A stretch of 64,000 nucleotides of DNA from Lama glama (taxonomy: Eukaryota), in the NCBI GenBank assembly GCA_028534125.1, contig CM052817.1, positions 76,634,001 through 76,698,000 on the forward strand, read 5' to 3'. The position numbers were made by a program, and so were the translations under genes. Under the pieces are notes generated by a model. The model searched no databases, was not told the DNA's origin, and was given only the letters and a program-made list of their open reading frames with translations. Below, piece by piece: positions 12,302-24,639 of this stretch (position 1 is its first letter; each line of letters opens with the position of its first letter).

Positions 12302-12877
12302 TGCAGTAGGGGATTAGTCTTATCCAGAGAGAGTTCTGGCCTCTGGCCTCAGCTTCTAGGAGGTGATCTCTATGTGTCTGGAATGTCTTGGTTCACCTGG
12401 GGCCTCTGGGCCACACTGGATAGTCTATGTTAACAGTGTGATTTATGATGGGGGCTTTGAGTCACCAGTATCAGCTCAGCCTCTAGACTACTGGAGACTA
12501 AGGCCAGCCACCTGGGCTGTCAGTCATATCTACGTGACCAAGACCCAATAAAACTCTGGACACCAAGGCTCAAGGGCACTTCCCTGGTTGTCAGTACTCC
12601 ATGCGAATTAACACAGTGTTGCTGAAAGAAATCAGCACTGTCTACAACTCCACTGGGAGAGGACAAGTGGGAGATCCTGTGTGGACCGTGCATTATGCAC
12701 CCCTTCCCTCTGATTTTAATCCATGTCCTTTCACTATGATAAATTATAACTATGAATATAGTAGCTTTCAGTGAGTTCTGCAAGTTCCTCTAATGATGTA
12801 TCAAAATTGACAGTAATCTTGGGAACCCCAAAACTTATTTCATAAGTGAGTGATCTTGTGGATTCCTGAACCTTACA
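12302..12877 (+). mobile_element. MER77/MER21-group solo LTR
   Basis: TG...CA ends (tgcagtaggggattagtc...aaccttaca) and internal ccaataaaactctggacaccaaggctc...cttccctggttg typical of this LTR group. Confidence 0.75.
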
Positions 12878-13783
12878 AATATCAAAGTAATAATCTTGTC
12901 CCAGAAAGTCAGGGAAACATGGGAGGACAATATTAGGAGTAATGTCAGGACACACAGAAATTTTAGGACAATTTCTCAGAAAACCTAAGAGTTTGGGGCT
13001 TGTTTTAATGGGACAATGAAACTCCAATGACTTGGTCATTCAATTAAAAGGCTAGGCAATCAAATAATAAGCATCTTCTTTCTCAGAGACCTTTCCCCCG
13101 GCAGAGTAATTTGGAATGGGGTCCTCCTGCTTCACAGTGGAGCTTCTGAGATTTCTAGGGGGAGAATTAATGGATGATGGCTTGTTTACTTTGAATGAAG
13201 AAACCCGAAGAGTAGTTCATTGGTTTGGGTCAGGATCAGTTGGGTAAAGGGGAGCCAGATGGCTTCTACTGCTCAGATAATCAAATACCAGAAGATTCCT
13301 CACAGTTGGCCACTATGGTGCCCAAAGATGGTTGGTACATGGTCTTTACTGCTTCACAGTATTCTAGACAGTATGCTGCAAATTATTTTGAATTAACTGT
13401 AATTTCATAGGGATACAGAATTACTATGTTGGAAACTTGGTAACTGGGGACTGTGAAAGCAGGTCTTCCTGGGTTGCTTGGTCTAGAAGGTAGAGCTATT
13501 TTAATTTTGCTGAGATAAGCAAGGCACCAACACATCATTTAGGAAGCAGAAAATAGATGTATTCATTGTGAAAAAATTTAAATAGTGGTCCTTTAAAAGG
13601 GCAGGATTTTATAAAGCCTCTTCAGGAAAATGTTTCAGCTAAACAAAGATGAATTTTCTTACCATCAGAGCTCTGCATTGGCTAAGCACATTACTTCACT
13701 GAGTGAGTTTTTTTGGCATTATTAAAGCTTTTTAAGCGTAACTAAAAATATTTTTGTATGGTAATTATGGAAGGAATTCAAGC

Positions 13784-14150
13784 TGTATTAGTTTGGTTGG
13801 TTGAACTGCTATATCAAATAAACTCAAAAATATATAAAGGTGCAAACACAGAATCAGTGTATTTCTCCCTTACATAACCTTTTAAAGTAAGTGTTTCTGA
13901 AGAACTGGCTGCTTTTAGCTAGTCCTGATTCAAAAACAGTATCCATTCATCTGAAAGTACTGCCATTTCATAAAATATTGTAATTCTCTATACCCAGAAT
14001 AGACAGAAAGAGGAAGAACGTGGAGGGGACACATCTGCCTCTAAAAAGTCTTGATCTTTGAAGAGCAGATACCGTTTCAACCCAAATTCCAGTGTCTAGA
14101 AACCAATCATTGGTTCCATCTACCTGTAAAGGAAGCTGGAAAATGAAGCT
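13784..14150 (-). mobile_element. MLT1 (old MaLR) LTR fragment
   Basis: tgtattagtt...gctatatcaaataaactcaaaaat...ccatctacctgtaaaggaagctggaaaatg matches reversed MLT1J/K-type layout. Confidence 0.55.
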
Positions 14151-14479
14151 AACTGAGGCTCAGAAAGAAAGAAAAGCAAGTATTCTCCTGAGGAGTTAGC
14201 AGCTTCTGCTGATGAGCCATGCCCATTCCGTTCCCTGGAACGCCATCGATACTGCCTTCTACTGCATGAGCCCACTCCATAGTCAACCAAATGATTATGA
14301 GCACATTGAAGGGAGAGGATGTCATTGCGTAGTGCACACAGATGTACTAAGAATTAGTCATGAAAAACTAACACACTGCCTTTCTTTGGGGTTACCTAAA
14401 TTAGATATCTTATTTGGCAGAGATTTGGAAAAGCATTTCAAGATATTCTATTGTTCAAGAGAGATAAATGAGAAGTAAA

Positions 14480-15065
14480 TTGCAAAGGAGTTACATAAAT
14501 TATTACCTATTTTAAAAACCTTCCCCCATAGGGTCTAAACAATCAGTTACTAGTCTGGAGGAGGTATCCCTAATGGTGTACTGAAGGACTTAAACTTGAT
14601 CCTGTACTCATGGAAATGTTTTTAAATGCTTTGGATTAAGACGTAGAAGTTTTATTGATCAAACTGACTGCCACCAAGTGGAGTCAAGTTTATTAAGGTA
14701 ATAGAATCAGAATTGGTAAAGACATAGACACTCAGCAACCCTTCATAAATGGTTTATTTAATAAGTAATGAATATGGAGGAACTTTGCATGGATAAAAAA
14801 AAAAGCCTCCTGTATTTGGTTTGAACCCATGAACTGCACAGTAACTACTGACAAATGAGAGTAAAGAACTTGACATAATAATAGATCATGTGAAAAGATC
14901 TGAGTTTCAGGTGATTATAAATCCCATGGAGCCATCAATTCACTAAGTGTGCAGTGGAAGGTGTGGGGAAAGACAAAGCAAGCTTATGATGTATAAGTAG
15001 AAATAAAATTTTTTCTCAAGGAAATAAACAGTTCTGAATGCTGCAGTCTGATCAGAGCACAAGTG
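14480..15065 (+). mobile_element. L3/CR1 RT-domain relic, continuation of 9960-10960
   Basis: aatggtgtactgaaggacttaaacttgatcctgtactc...aatgctttggattaagacgtagaag...atcaaact is a decayed [27 protein letters not shown] region. Confidence 0.65.
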
Positions 15066-15069
15066 GAAA

Positions 15070-15569
15070 NNNNNNNNNNNNNNNNNNNNNNNNNNNNNNN
15101 NNNNNNNNNNNNNNNNNNNNNNNNNNNNNNNNNNNNNNNNNNNNNNNNNNNNNNNNNNNNNNNNNNNNNNNNNNNNNNNNNNNNNNNNNNNNNNNNNNNN
15201 NNNNNNNNNNNNNNNNNNNNNNNNNNNNNNNNNNNNNNNNNNNNNNNNNNNNNNNNNNNNNNNNNNNNNNNNNNNNNNNNNNNNNNNNNNNNNNNNNNNN
15301 NNNNNNNNNNNNNNNNNNNNNNNNNNNNNNNNNNNNNNNNNNNNNNNNNNNNNNNNNNNNNNNNNNNNNNNNNNNNNNNNNNNNNNNNNNNNNNNNNNNN
15401 NNNNNNNNNNNNNNNNNNNNNNNNNNNNNNNNNNNNNNNNNNNNNNNNNNNNNNNNNNNNNNNNNNNNNNNNNNNNNNNNNNNNNNNNNNNNNNNNNNNN
15501 NNNNNNNNNNNNNNNNNNNNNNNNNNNNNNNNNNNNNNNNNNNNNNNNNNNNNNNNNNNNNNNNNNNNN
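15070..15569. other. Assembly gap (500 N)
   Basis: Run of n from 15070 to 15569. Confidence 1.
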
Positions 15570-15746
15570 CCACCTCCAGACTCAAGACTCTTACCTGAAT
15601 CTCCAGGCTGCCAGCTTGCCCTACAGATTTTGGACTTACTGGCGCCTGCAATATATAATAAGACATCTATATAGAGAGACATAGATATATACACACACAC
15701 ATATCACCTACTGGTTTGTTCCCAATTGGAGAACCCTGGCTAATAC
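15570..15746 (+). mobile_element. MLT2-type (ERVL) LTR 3' part
   Basis: ctccaggctgccagcttgccctacagattttggactt...ctactggtttgtt...ggagaaccctggctaataca is an MLT2 terminus. Confidence 0.75.
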
Positions 15747-15876
15747 ACCAGGAGACAATCTCTCTCTTTTCTGTTCTCTATTGCCCTACTCTTTTGATTG
15801 TATTAAATATTCCTCTATCAAGATGAATTTATTTTGTTTATTTTTAAAAATCTCTCATTTGATTATTTTACTTGTA

Positions 15877-16097
15877 CAGTCGACCCTTGGACAATGTGGG
15901 GGTTAGGAGTGCCAACACCCCATGCAGTTGAAAATCCACAGATAACTTTATAGTTGGCCTTCTGTATCCATGGTTACACATTCTCAGATGCAACCACCCA
16001 GTGGACCGTGTAGTATTATAGTACGTATTTATTGAAAAAAAATCCCCATGTAAGTGGACCTGTGCAGCTAACACCTGTGTTGTTCAAGGGTCAACAA
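15877..16097 (+). mobile_element. Tigger2-derived MITE (MER8-like)
   Basis: TIRs cagtcgacccttggacaa / ttgttcaagggtcaacaa, TA on the left, 221 bp. Confidence 0.85.
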
Positions 16098-16429
16098 CAT
16101 ATTGAATTTTCTCCAAATCTCATCATTTGGATGCCCGTCATCTCATTTAGATGCCTCCCAAAAAAGGCCTCACACATCACACATTTTTCCAAACAACGCA
16201 GAAGTGGCAGGGGCTCTAATTAAATACATGGTTCAGATCTAATCAACTTGACCTTAGAAGGAATCTCAAATTTCACTTGCCCACCCAAATTGCCACATAG
16301 AGGAAAGAGCCTGGACTCTCTGATACATGAATGAAACAAAGAAATATTCTGCTTCAATATATATAGTTATTTTCTTTACAATGTTGTGACTATAAGTAAT
16401 AAAATTGATGGGAAACATCCACCAAAAAA

Positions 16430-17270
16430 AACCAAAAACAAAAACAAAAATATAACATGGAATCAGGAGAAAAGACACATAGCATCAGCACAGGTAACCA
16501 AATTACTAGAACTAGCAGATGAGGACTCTGCAACCATTATTACTAATACACGTATATATTTTATTTACAGGATAAAGTAGACCTAAAAGTTAGCAGATGA
16601 TGTATTTCAGAAGAAAAATGGAAACTAAGAATGAAGTAAATGGAAATTATAAAAGAAACATATTCTCTAAAAATTATGTATCTACAAACATAAATGTGAG
16701 CTTTAAAGTATATTAGACACAAAAATACTGATTAGTAAAACTGAAGATAATTCATTAGGTATTCCTAAATTAAAGCAAAGAGAAGAAATATTCAAAATAA
16801 AACAACAGGTAAACAAAGTGTCAGTTACCTGTGGGATATTCCAAGAGGCAGATCTTACATATAGTTGGAGTTTCAAATGAAGAGAAGTTGCAGAAAATTT
16901 ATTTGAAGAAATAAGGGCCTAACTTTTCTAAAATTTACAAAACTAAATCCTAACCCACAGTTTCATGAAGCTCAATTATCCAGAAGTATCATAAACACAA
17001 TGAAAATCAAACTAAAGCACATTATAGTCAAATTGCTAAAATACAAAGTAAACTATCTTAAAAATAGAAAAAGAAAAAATTGTACTTAAATGCATCACAG
17101 CTAAACAAAACAAGCAAGCAGTGGTTGCTGACTTAAAGAGAGATCATGAAATAACAGAAAAAAAATTTTTTAAAGTGAATTGATACTATGTAAGAGCTGA
17201 CAACATAAAAAATAATGACTGCTTTCACATACACACACAAAACACTAAAATAAATTAAAGAGTAAGATTA
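16430..17270 (+). mobile_element. Old L1 ORF1-region fragment
   Basis: A-rich ORF1 text (acctgtgggatatt...atttgaagaaataagggcctaacttttctaaaattt...cacattatagtcaaattgctaaaa). Confidence 0.75.
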
Positions 17271-17432
17271 GGGGTTTCCTTTCAGGAAAAGATTATTTTT
17301 AAGAGTAAAGTTTCAGAATCTTCTTCTCTGGAATTTCATACGTGTAGGCTATTGGCAGGGTGCCATTACTTGACAGGATGAGGATGGCAAACAACAATCT
17401 ATGTTCCTCATTAACACCCACAGACCGTCCTA

Positions 17433-17632
17433 TTGAATATAGTTCCCTGCACTATACAGTAGGACCTTGTCGTTTATCTGTTTTGTATATAACAGTTAGT
17501 ATCTGCTAATCCCAAACTCCTAATTTATCCCTCCCCACTTCTTCCCCCTTGGGCAACCATAAGTTTGTTTTCTGTATACACCAGAAACTAACAACATTGT
17601 GAATCAACTACACTTCAATAAATTAAAAAAAA
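17433..17632. mobile_element. Young 5'-truncated, 5'-inverted L1 3' end
   Basis: About 17433-17576 is L1 3' UTR on minus, and about 17577-17632 is the extreme 3' end plus poly-A on plus. Flanks aacacccacagaccgtccta / aaaatcctcagaccttccta match at 16/20 (TSD). Confidence 0.85.
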
Positions 17633-17654
17633 AAAATCCTCAGACCTTCCTACT

Positions 17655-17865
17655 GCAGGCAAGGTGCCACTGAAGTCTCTCCCTGTGGAAATCCACCTGG
17701 AGCAGCACACAGGAAAGCCCTTCCTCTCTGCCAGCACCCTACACTGACAAAGCTTAGCATTTTTCCAGCTAGCAAGCAACATCTACAGAGTTCAGTTCCA
17801 GTATCACAGAGCAAGCAGTTGAGATTCTATTTGGAGCTGGAGGGCAATGAGTTGCCAATCGGCGT
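17655..17865 (-). mobile_element. Ancient LTR fragment (LTR78/79-like)
   Basis: ctacactgacaaagcttagcat...cagtatcacagagcaagca...tttggagctggagggcaat resembles an old eutherian LTR; family name uncertain. Confidence 0.45.
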
Positions 17866-20004
17866 AATGGCAATGGGCTGAAAAATATTTTAGAGAATCT
17901 TATGTAAAAGTTATTAAAACAGTATCACCAGCTTTCATTAATTTGGAAGTATGAGGACTTAACACATTAAACTATAAGTTAACTTAGCATTTCTCATGTT
18001 AAATATTGTTTCAAGAATTGTTGTTTCTCTAAATATAAACTTTCACCCAATGGAAGGAAGAAAAGCAATGGTGGGGAATGAAAGGGGTCCCTATAAAAAA
18101 CCTTAATATTTAAGAATATCGACTTTGTACAGAATATATTGTAAGTGGGGATAACTCCCACCTCATCTTTTAAAAATACAAGTGAGATATGTCATGCAAT
18201 TAAAAAGAAAACTGCTTTTAGAATTCAGTATACAATTTTTGCCAAAGTAGTGTGCAAACAAGAAATACTATAAAAAAATCAAATCTATCTAGGTCTTGGG
18301 TGATCAAAAAAAGTTTATTGAAGGAAAAATGGCATAAGACTCAGGAATAGGAATGTGGAAAAAATAGGGAAATCGAGGGCTTTAACTTGCATATATGAGT
18401 ACCACTGAGAAGTGCGAAGATGCAATGACATTTTGGTTGATCAAGAGTGAGAAGAGAGAAGATGTAAATTAAAGTTTCAAATTCATCTCTCAGACAGTAG
18501 GAGACATTCAACATTTTTAAGCAGGAGAATAATATAATAAAAGCAATGTCAAGCAAAATAAGCTAGTGATGGTAAGCACCATAGACAAATTCAGGGAAAA
18601 ATAAAAATCCTATGGAAATCATTGCTATAAATAGTGAAGACATTGGTACTTAAGATTTGGATCAGAGTACTGATTATAAAGTCTTAAGAGTCAGTTCATT
18701 ATGAAACTATTATAGAAAGGTAAATAAGACATAAATACCATCATAGGACTGTAGCTAGTGGAGTTAAACATGTAAGTGTCAGTGACAACAGGGAACCTCG
18801 GTTGATTAGAGGCAAACTTCACATATGAACATATTGGCTTAGGAAACAAAAAGACATAGTGCTTACTTGAACCAACTAAGGTGGAGGCACGTACAGAAAG
18901 ACACTCATTTAGTTGCCACCACACAGACAGACAGCTATCTTCACAGCTGAAATCATAAGGGATTTGTTTTTAGGAAAACCATGAGAAGTAATGACGCCTT
19001 CCCTGATAACTCTGTTAGTCTGCCATGGGACAAACTACTGTTTTAATTATCTTTCAGCCATTCAGTTTGACCATGAACAAAGCAATAAGATTCTCTAGGA
19101 CTTTGCCTTTGTGCAGAGAGATACTAAGTAAATGCTTGATCTCCCTGAAATATCAGTAAACGTATGTCAGCTGTGTGCCAACTTAAAGTTTCTGTTGTTC
19201 TTTATCATTGCTAATGGAAATGTAGCCAGCAATCACACTAATCAGCAATCACACTAGAATGGTGTTCTTAGCATTAAATTCTACCAAAATACTACCTAGC
19301 ATGATTTTTTTCTCCTAAATCACAGTGAGTTTATATATATACATATATATGTAGGTGGATGTGTGTGTATGTTTATGTGTGTGTGTGTATACATACATAT
19401 GTATACATATAAAATGTTGTAAGCTAGGGTCGAGTAATGAATACCCCCAAAGTTAGGGGAAAAGCTCTGCACAAATGAAGTATTTTTCTGCCTTTTTCAA
19501 CATTACTTCTGCTATGCAACTTCATAGTGAGAATACTATAGCTCACATCATCATTTCCTTTTCTTTTTTACTAGCAAGGATTTTTAAAAATAAACGTATT
19601 AAGTGATTATATTGTGGCAGTTGCTTTGCTAAATGCTGCAGACACAAAGATGACAAAGTCCCTGCCCTCACATTTTAAAGTCCAGGTAGGAGGTTCAAGC
19701 AAAAGAATTACAGGAATCTAGAAGAAAACTAAAGAAATAAAACAAAATTAATAAAGCAAAAACACTTGACTCTGCCTAGAGCAGCCAAGGGAAGTTTCCC
19801 AAAGTTGATTTTTGAGTCAAGTCATAGAAGACTGAAACATCACAATGGGGGAAAGATTCTGGGTAGGAAAAAGAGCATATGTGTATAAAGGCAAAGAAAT
19901 TTTCCTTTATTACGTATGTTAGGAATAAAATAGAGAAAGTCAGTCTAAAATAATTGGAAAATGTTGCAAGTGAGTGTAGCTCAAGAAACTAATTTAAAGT
20001 AATA

Positions 20005-20083
20005 CATATGCATAACTGAATCACTGTGCTATACACCAGAAATTAACCTTATAAACCAACTATACTTCAATAAATTTTTAAAT
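20005..20083 (+). mobile_element. Very short L1 3' end insertion
   Basis: ataactgaatcactgtgctatacaccagaaattaac...aactatacttcaataaa, flanked by aaagtaata / aaagcaata. Confidence 0.75.
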
Positions 20084-21150
20084 AAAGCAATATAGTTATT
20101 TTTGTTACCAAAAAGTATTTTGAAACAATCTGGTGGTTGGAACTCACAGTCACATTGGGAGATGGTTTGTGTATACAGGCAGGAAGATAGATTTCAGAAG
20201 TGTAGTTGGAAAGGGGAAGAAATGGTTTACTAAGGCAAGTCTGCAGGAACAAATAAGACGCATCTCATATAATCACTTCTTAAGACATATTTCATGATTT
20301 AAAATTAAAATGAATATAATGATTGTTGTGTTTGCCTTAATGTAGATCAACTGTTCTTGATAAACTGTGTGTTGGTGCATTGTTTCATGCGCTGCTTCAA
20401 CTGATAGCTGTCCCCATAAGGATATTCATATTTTCTTTGATTTAAGCTCTTCTTAAGCAACTTAAATGCAATGGCTCACTTCACACTACTGTCCCTTTAC
20501 TCTGTTAAAAACTTGGCACTTAAAGGAATGCAGAGAAAAATGTAGATTTTCATTGCTTAAGAAAACATTCAAGTTCTAGAGACACTTCATTCGCCCTCTA
20601 TCTATTCCTTTGTTTTAAATGTAAGATTTATGGATTATTTAAAATCAGGATTTTGCCAGATGATAGGTGGTAGTAGTATTTCCTCTGAACCGAGACTTAA
20701 TTTTAAATGGAATTAAATGTTTAATATTTTATTTAATTTTGCTTTTTCACAATTAAAGTATAAATCAATAAATGTAAAATGCAGTTAATTAATCATTGAC
20801 GTATGCATGACTTAAGCACTTACTCAACAGAAGGGTTTTTTTGGGGTTTTTTTTTTTTTCAGACTGAATTGATTTAACCAATTGTTCTGTCATTTCAGTC
20901 AGGTTTTAGAAAGGACAAATATTCTATTTTTAGAATATCCTAATTTTAAAAGGCTTAATCCCTGGAGAAGTGCTTTTGCAAAAGTCCTATTAGCATGTAT
21001 TATGTAATATCCCTATTTTCTGATAAATTAGAAAAAACAAAAACATGATTCACCAAGTATTTATTGGCTCACAATGTTAACCAAGACATCATACTTCTAC
21101 TTTCCAAAAGACTATTTACCAAAAACTATGTGTTCCCCATAACAGGCTAT

Positions 21151-21676
21151 TGTCGTAGGGAAGAACAAATCTGATTCCACAATGGATCTGTTTCTTTCAC
21201 TTCAACCTTTGTATTCTATTGCTTTTGCTCTAAGTTAATCACTAAAGGGATATTTCCTACAGCTTAGAGTACACAGAATGGCCCATCTCCTGGAACCTTG
21301 CCTCCCATGCTGAGTGTTAAGCTAAAATACCTTTGTTTAGCTCACAGGAAACAGCCTGACCAGGCCCATCTGTGAATGGCTGCAGGAAAGAAGAAATTAA
21401 AATGTTCCTCCAGAATGTGACTGGAACCAGGAAATATTTGCAATAACTTACTGCCTTTTTTTCCTTTTTTAAACTTTACCTCCTCACCTCTTCCTCTTTG
21501 TTCTATAAAAGAAACCAGCATTCAAATCCGGGAAAGATGGTTCTTTGGGATACTAGTCTAACATCTTCTCAATCTGTTGGATTTCTGAATAAAGTCACTA
21601 TGCCTTACCCCAACAACTCATCTCTCGATTATTGCTTTGTCATGTGGCAAACAGTACAGGCTTGGAACTGATAACA
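21151..21676 (+). mobile_element. ERV1-class solo LTR with 4-bp TSD
   Basis: tgt...aca ends, perfect ctat TSD (21147-21150 and 21677-21680), TATAAAA near 21504 and AATAAA near 21588. Confidence 0.9.
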
Positions 21677-23088
21677 CTATCCCTCATAGCTAAATCCCAA
21701 CTGTTAAAACATTTCAAGTCAAACAAACTTCAGAGTAAGTTTTATTTTTTTAAATCCTCATTATTCCCAAAGTTTTATACCAACATAATAAGCACTTTTT
21801 TTGAAGTCTATAAATCCATAGTAATAATTATGCATGCCTAAACAATTTAATTTATAAAAAGCAAGTAATGACAACATTCATTCTGAAGATGACTTTACTA
21901 ATAAATATCTTTCTTCATATCTCAGTGCCCTGTTTATGCCAACATTGTACTCTTTTCTAATTGTACCTTTTTAATCATATTTTCTGCCTTAATATTTTAC
22001 ATTATACATATATAATAAATTTGAAATTTATAAATAATATGTTTATAAATTATATAGAATTATAAACAATTTATATATGTAATAGATACATCATTTTTCT
22101 ACTAAAGCATTTCTACAAATGACAGGAAAGCCATTATAAAACTCTGCTCTTAGTATCACTGAAATACATCATGTGACAGTGACTGCCCTTTAGCATAAAA
22201 TCTTATTTTCCTAAAATTATATATATGTATGTATGCACCTGTATATGTGTATACACACGTATGCTCACATATATACCCCATAACTTGTGTAAATAAAAGA
22301 CTTCCATTTGAGTTTAGTGTCTCTTTATGTTTTGCTTTCTCTTCAGAGACTAAAAGAAATGGAGGGGTGCTCATGTGACTGTTTTACAAAAGAAATTGAA
22401 TCATATAGGAAAGAAAATATAGTCTGTTGCTACTGAAACAAAGATAAGTGAGGGCTGTGTAGGTTATTACAATTTGTTAACAAGAAATCACTTGAGTGCT
22501 TATTGCATGAAAGGAGCCATACAAAGTACTCAATAGATAATCAAACCCATCAGTGGTTTATTTTATCTCTGTGTAAGCTTGGGGAAAAGGACCATAATTT
22601 GCAGAGGTAGCTTGCATAAACTTTCAGTTCACATTTAGTGAATATCTAGTCTGTGGCAGGTCCTATGAAGTCATTAGGAATGTATATCTGAATCTTGATG
22701 ATTATTTGTATTTTCCATGCAGTGTGTCAGGTTCCATCCTAATACAGCAACAATAAGTTCTTAACAGTGAAAAACATAATTACCATATAAGTCATATTTC
22801 TGTGTAGCTATTTTAAACATACCTGTGTGTCAAATTTCTGCACTATCTACCTACCTGCCTAGATATACGTCATTTACAGAGATAATGACTGCTGAGTATC
22901 TAGCAAAATGATTCTGGAGGGAGTAATACAATTAACAGTAAAAGTAAAAGTGTAAAAGTTTCCAAACCACGATAGGTTAGTGGTTCATCTATCTGGGTAT
23001 GTGATTTCTCAGTATTACTGGGAAAAAAAAAAAGTCAGATGGTTTTGATAGAGTCATAAATCACATTTTAAAAAATCACTTAATTTTC

Positions 23089-23404
23089 TGACACAAATGA
23101 ACTCATTTACAAAACAGAAACAGACTCACAGGAATAGAAAACAAACTTACAGTTACCAAGGGCAAAAGGGGCAGTGGGTAGAGGGATAAATTAGGAGAGT
23201 TTGGGGGTTTACAGATACTACTGTATACAAACTAGATAAACAAGGTCCCACTGCATAGCACAGGGAACTACATTCAATACCTTGTAATAGCCTATAATGA
23301 AAAAGAATAAGAAAGGGAATATGTACATATATAAATGTATACCTGAATTACTATGTTGTACACCAGAAATTAACACATTATAAACCAAATATATTTCAAT
23401 CTTT
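23089..23404 (+). mobile_element. Artiodactyl-type L1 3' end with perfect 18-bp TSD
   Basis: L1 3' UTR (acaaatgaactcatttacaaaacagaaacagactcacag...tagcacagggaactacattcaatac). TSD aaaaatcacttaattttc at 23071-23088 and 23405-23422. Confidence 0.92.
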
Positions 23405-23963
23405 AAAAATCACTTAATTTTCAATACTGCAAAGCAAAATCACTTTTTATTCCACATAATGATAGAGCTGAGTCAAATATATGGTGCAACTTTAGAAAAA
23501 TAAATCATGAGCTTCTAATCAGTTATACTTATTATACGTAAACAAGTTTTGATGCATTTAAAAATTGTAAGAAACTAAGAAGTTTATTTTGTTTGTTTGG
23601 GTTTTTTTTTTGGAGTTTAATAAAAACGTGAAAATTTTTGTTAAAGCAGTGAAATATACTTTGAAGTCTCTCACTCTTAAGTTTTATGGCCTAGGTGTTG
23701 AAGAGAAACTTCTTGAATTTCATTACTTTTTTTTGTAAAATACACATATTTACATATGCATCACATTTCACAGGTCCGTAATCCAAAAAAAACTCAAAGT
23801 TGATATATATAAAAACACTTTATACTATAGAGTGATATTTAAATGTAATTATCATATTATATGAAAGAGTGTCTATTTTAAAAAATTTTCTACATAATAC
23901 AATTATATAAATAAAACAGCTAAAAGTAAGTAATTAAAAGGCAAAAGACATTTGACATAATTA

Positions 23964-24389
23964 CAGGCATACCTCAGAGATATTCCAGGTTCTGGTCCCT
24001 ACCATTCGAATAAAGGGAGTATCACAAAAAGGAAGTCACAAAAATTTTCTTGTGCTCCAGTGCATATAAAAGTAATTTCATATTATACTGTATTAAGTGT
24101 GCAATAGCATTATGTCTACAAAACCAATGTATCAATTTAAAAATACTTAATTGCTAAAAAGTGCTAACCATCATCTGAGCCTTCAGCAAGTCATAATCTG
24201 TTTGCCAGAGGATGGTTTGAAATATTGTGAGAATTACCAAAATGTGACACAGAGACAGAGTGAGCAAGTATTGTTGGAAAACTGGCACCGATAAGACTTG
24301 CTCAAGGCAGGGTTGCTACAAACCTCCAATTTGTAAACACCACAGTATCTGTGCAGTGTAATCAAACAAAGTAAAATGAGGTATGTCTG
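23964..24389 (-). mobile_element. Tigger1 internal-deletion MITE (Tigger1a_Art-like)
   Basis: TIRs caggcatacctc / gaggtatgtctg, TA on both sides. Both halves align by eye to the ends of the Tigger1 at 37048-39406. Confidence 0.9.
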
Positions 24390-24639
24390 TATAGTTTGGT
24401 ATTCAGAAGTTTTGGTCAAGATATACTGTTGATAAATCTATTAGATGTGTTGACACTTGGTAAGATGTTCTATAAAAATTAGGTAAATTAAATTTCAGTA
24501 CCAATTAAAAAAACAGCATAAGGAATCTATTTTTAATGCCACCCACTAGAGCCGTATGAGCAAAAGACTCAGTCATCTGAGTTCCTATAATTAATTTTAA
24601 TAATTTTTTTTTTACTTTTATATAAGCAATTCCAGATTT

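Noticed and set aside
14984..15700. Four long ORFs (186-238 aa)
   Set aside because: Artefacts of translating through the 500-N gap.
19228..19260. Small tandem duplications (also near 10340-10380 and 60630-60652)
   Set aside because: Ordinary slippage duplications of 10-16 bp with no further structure.
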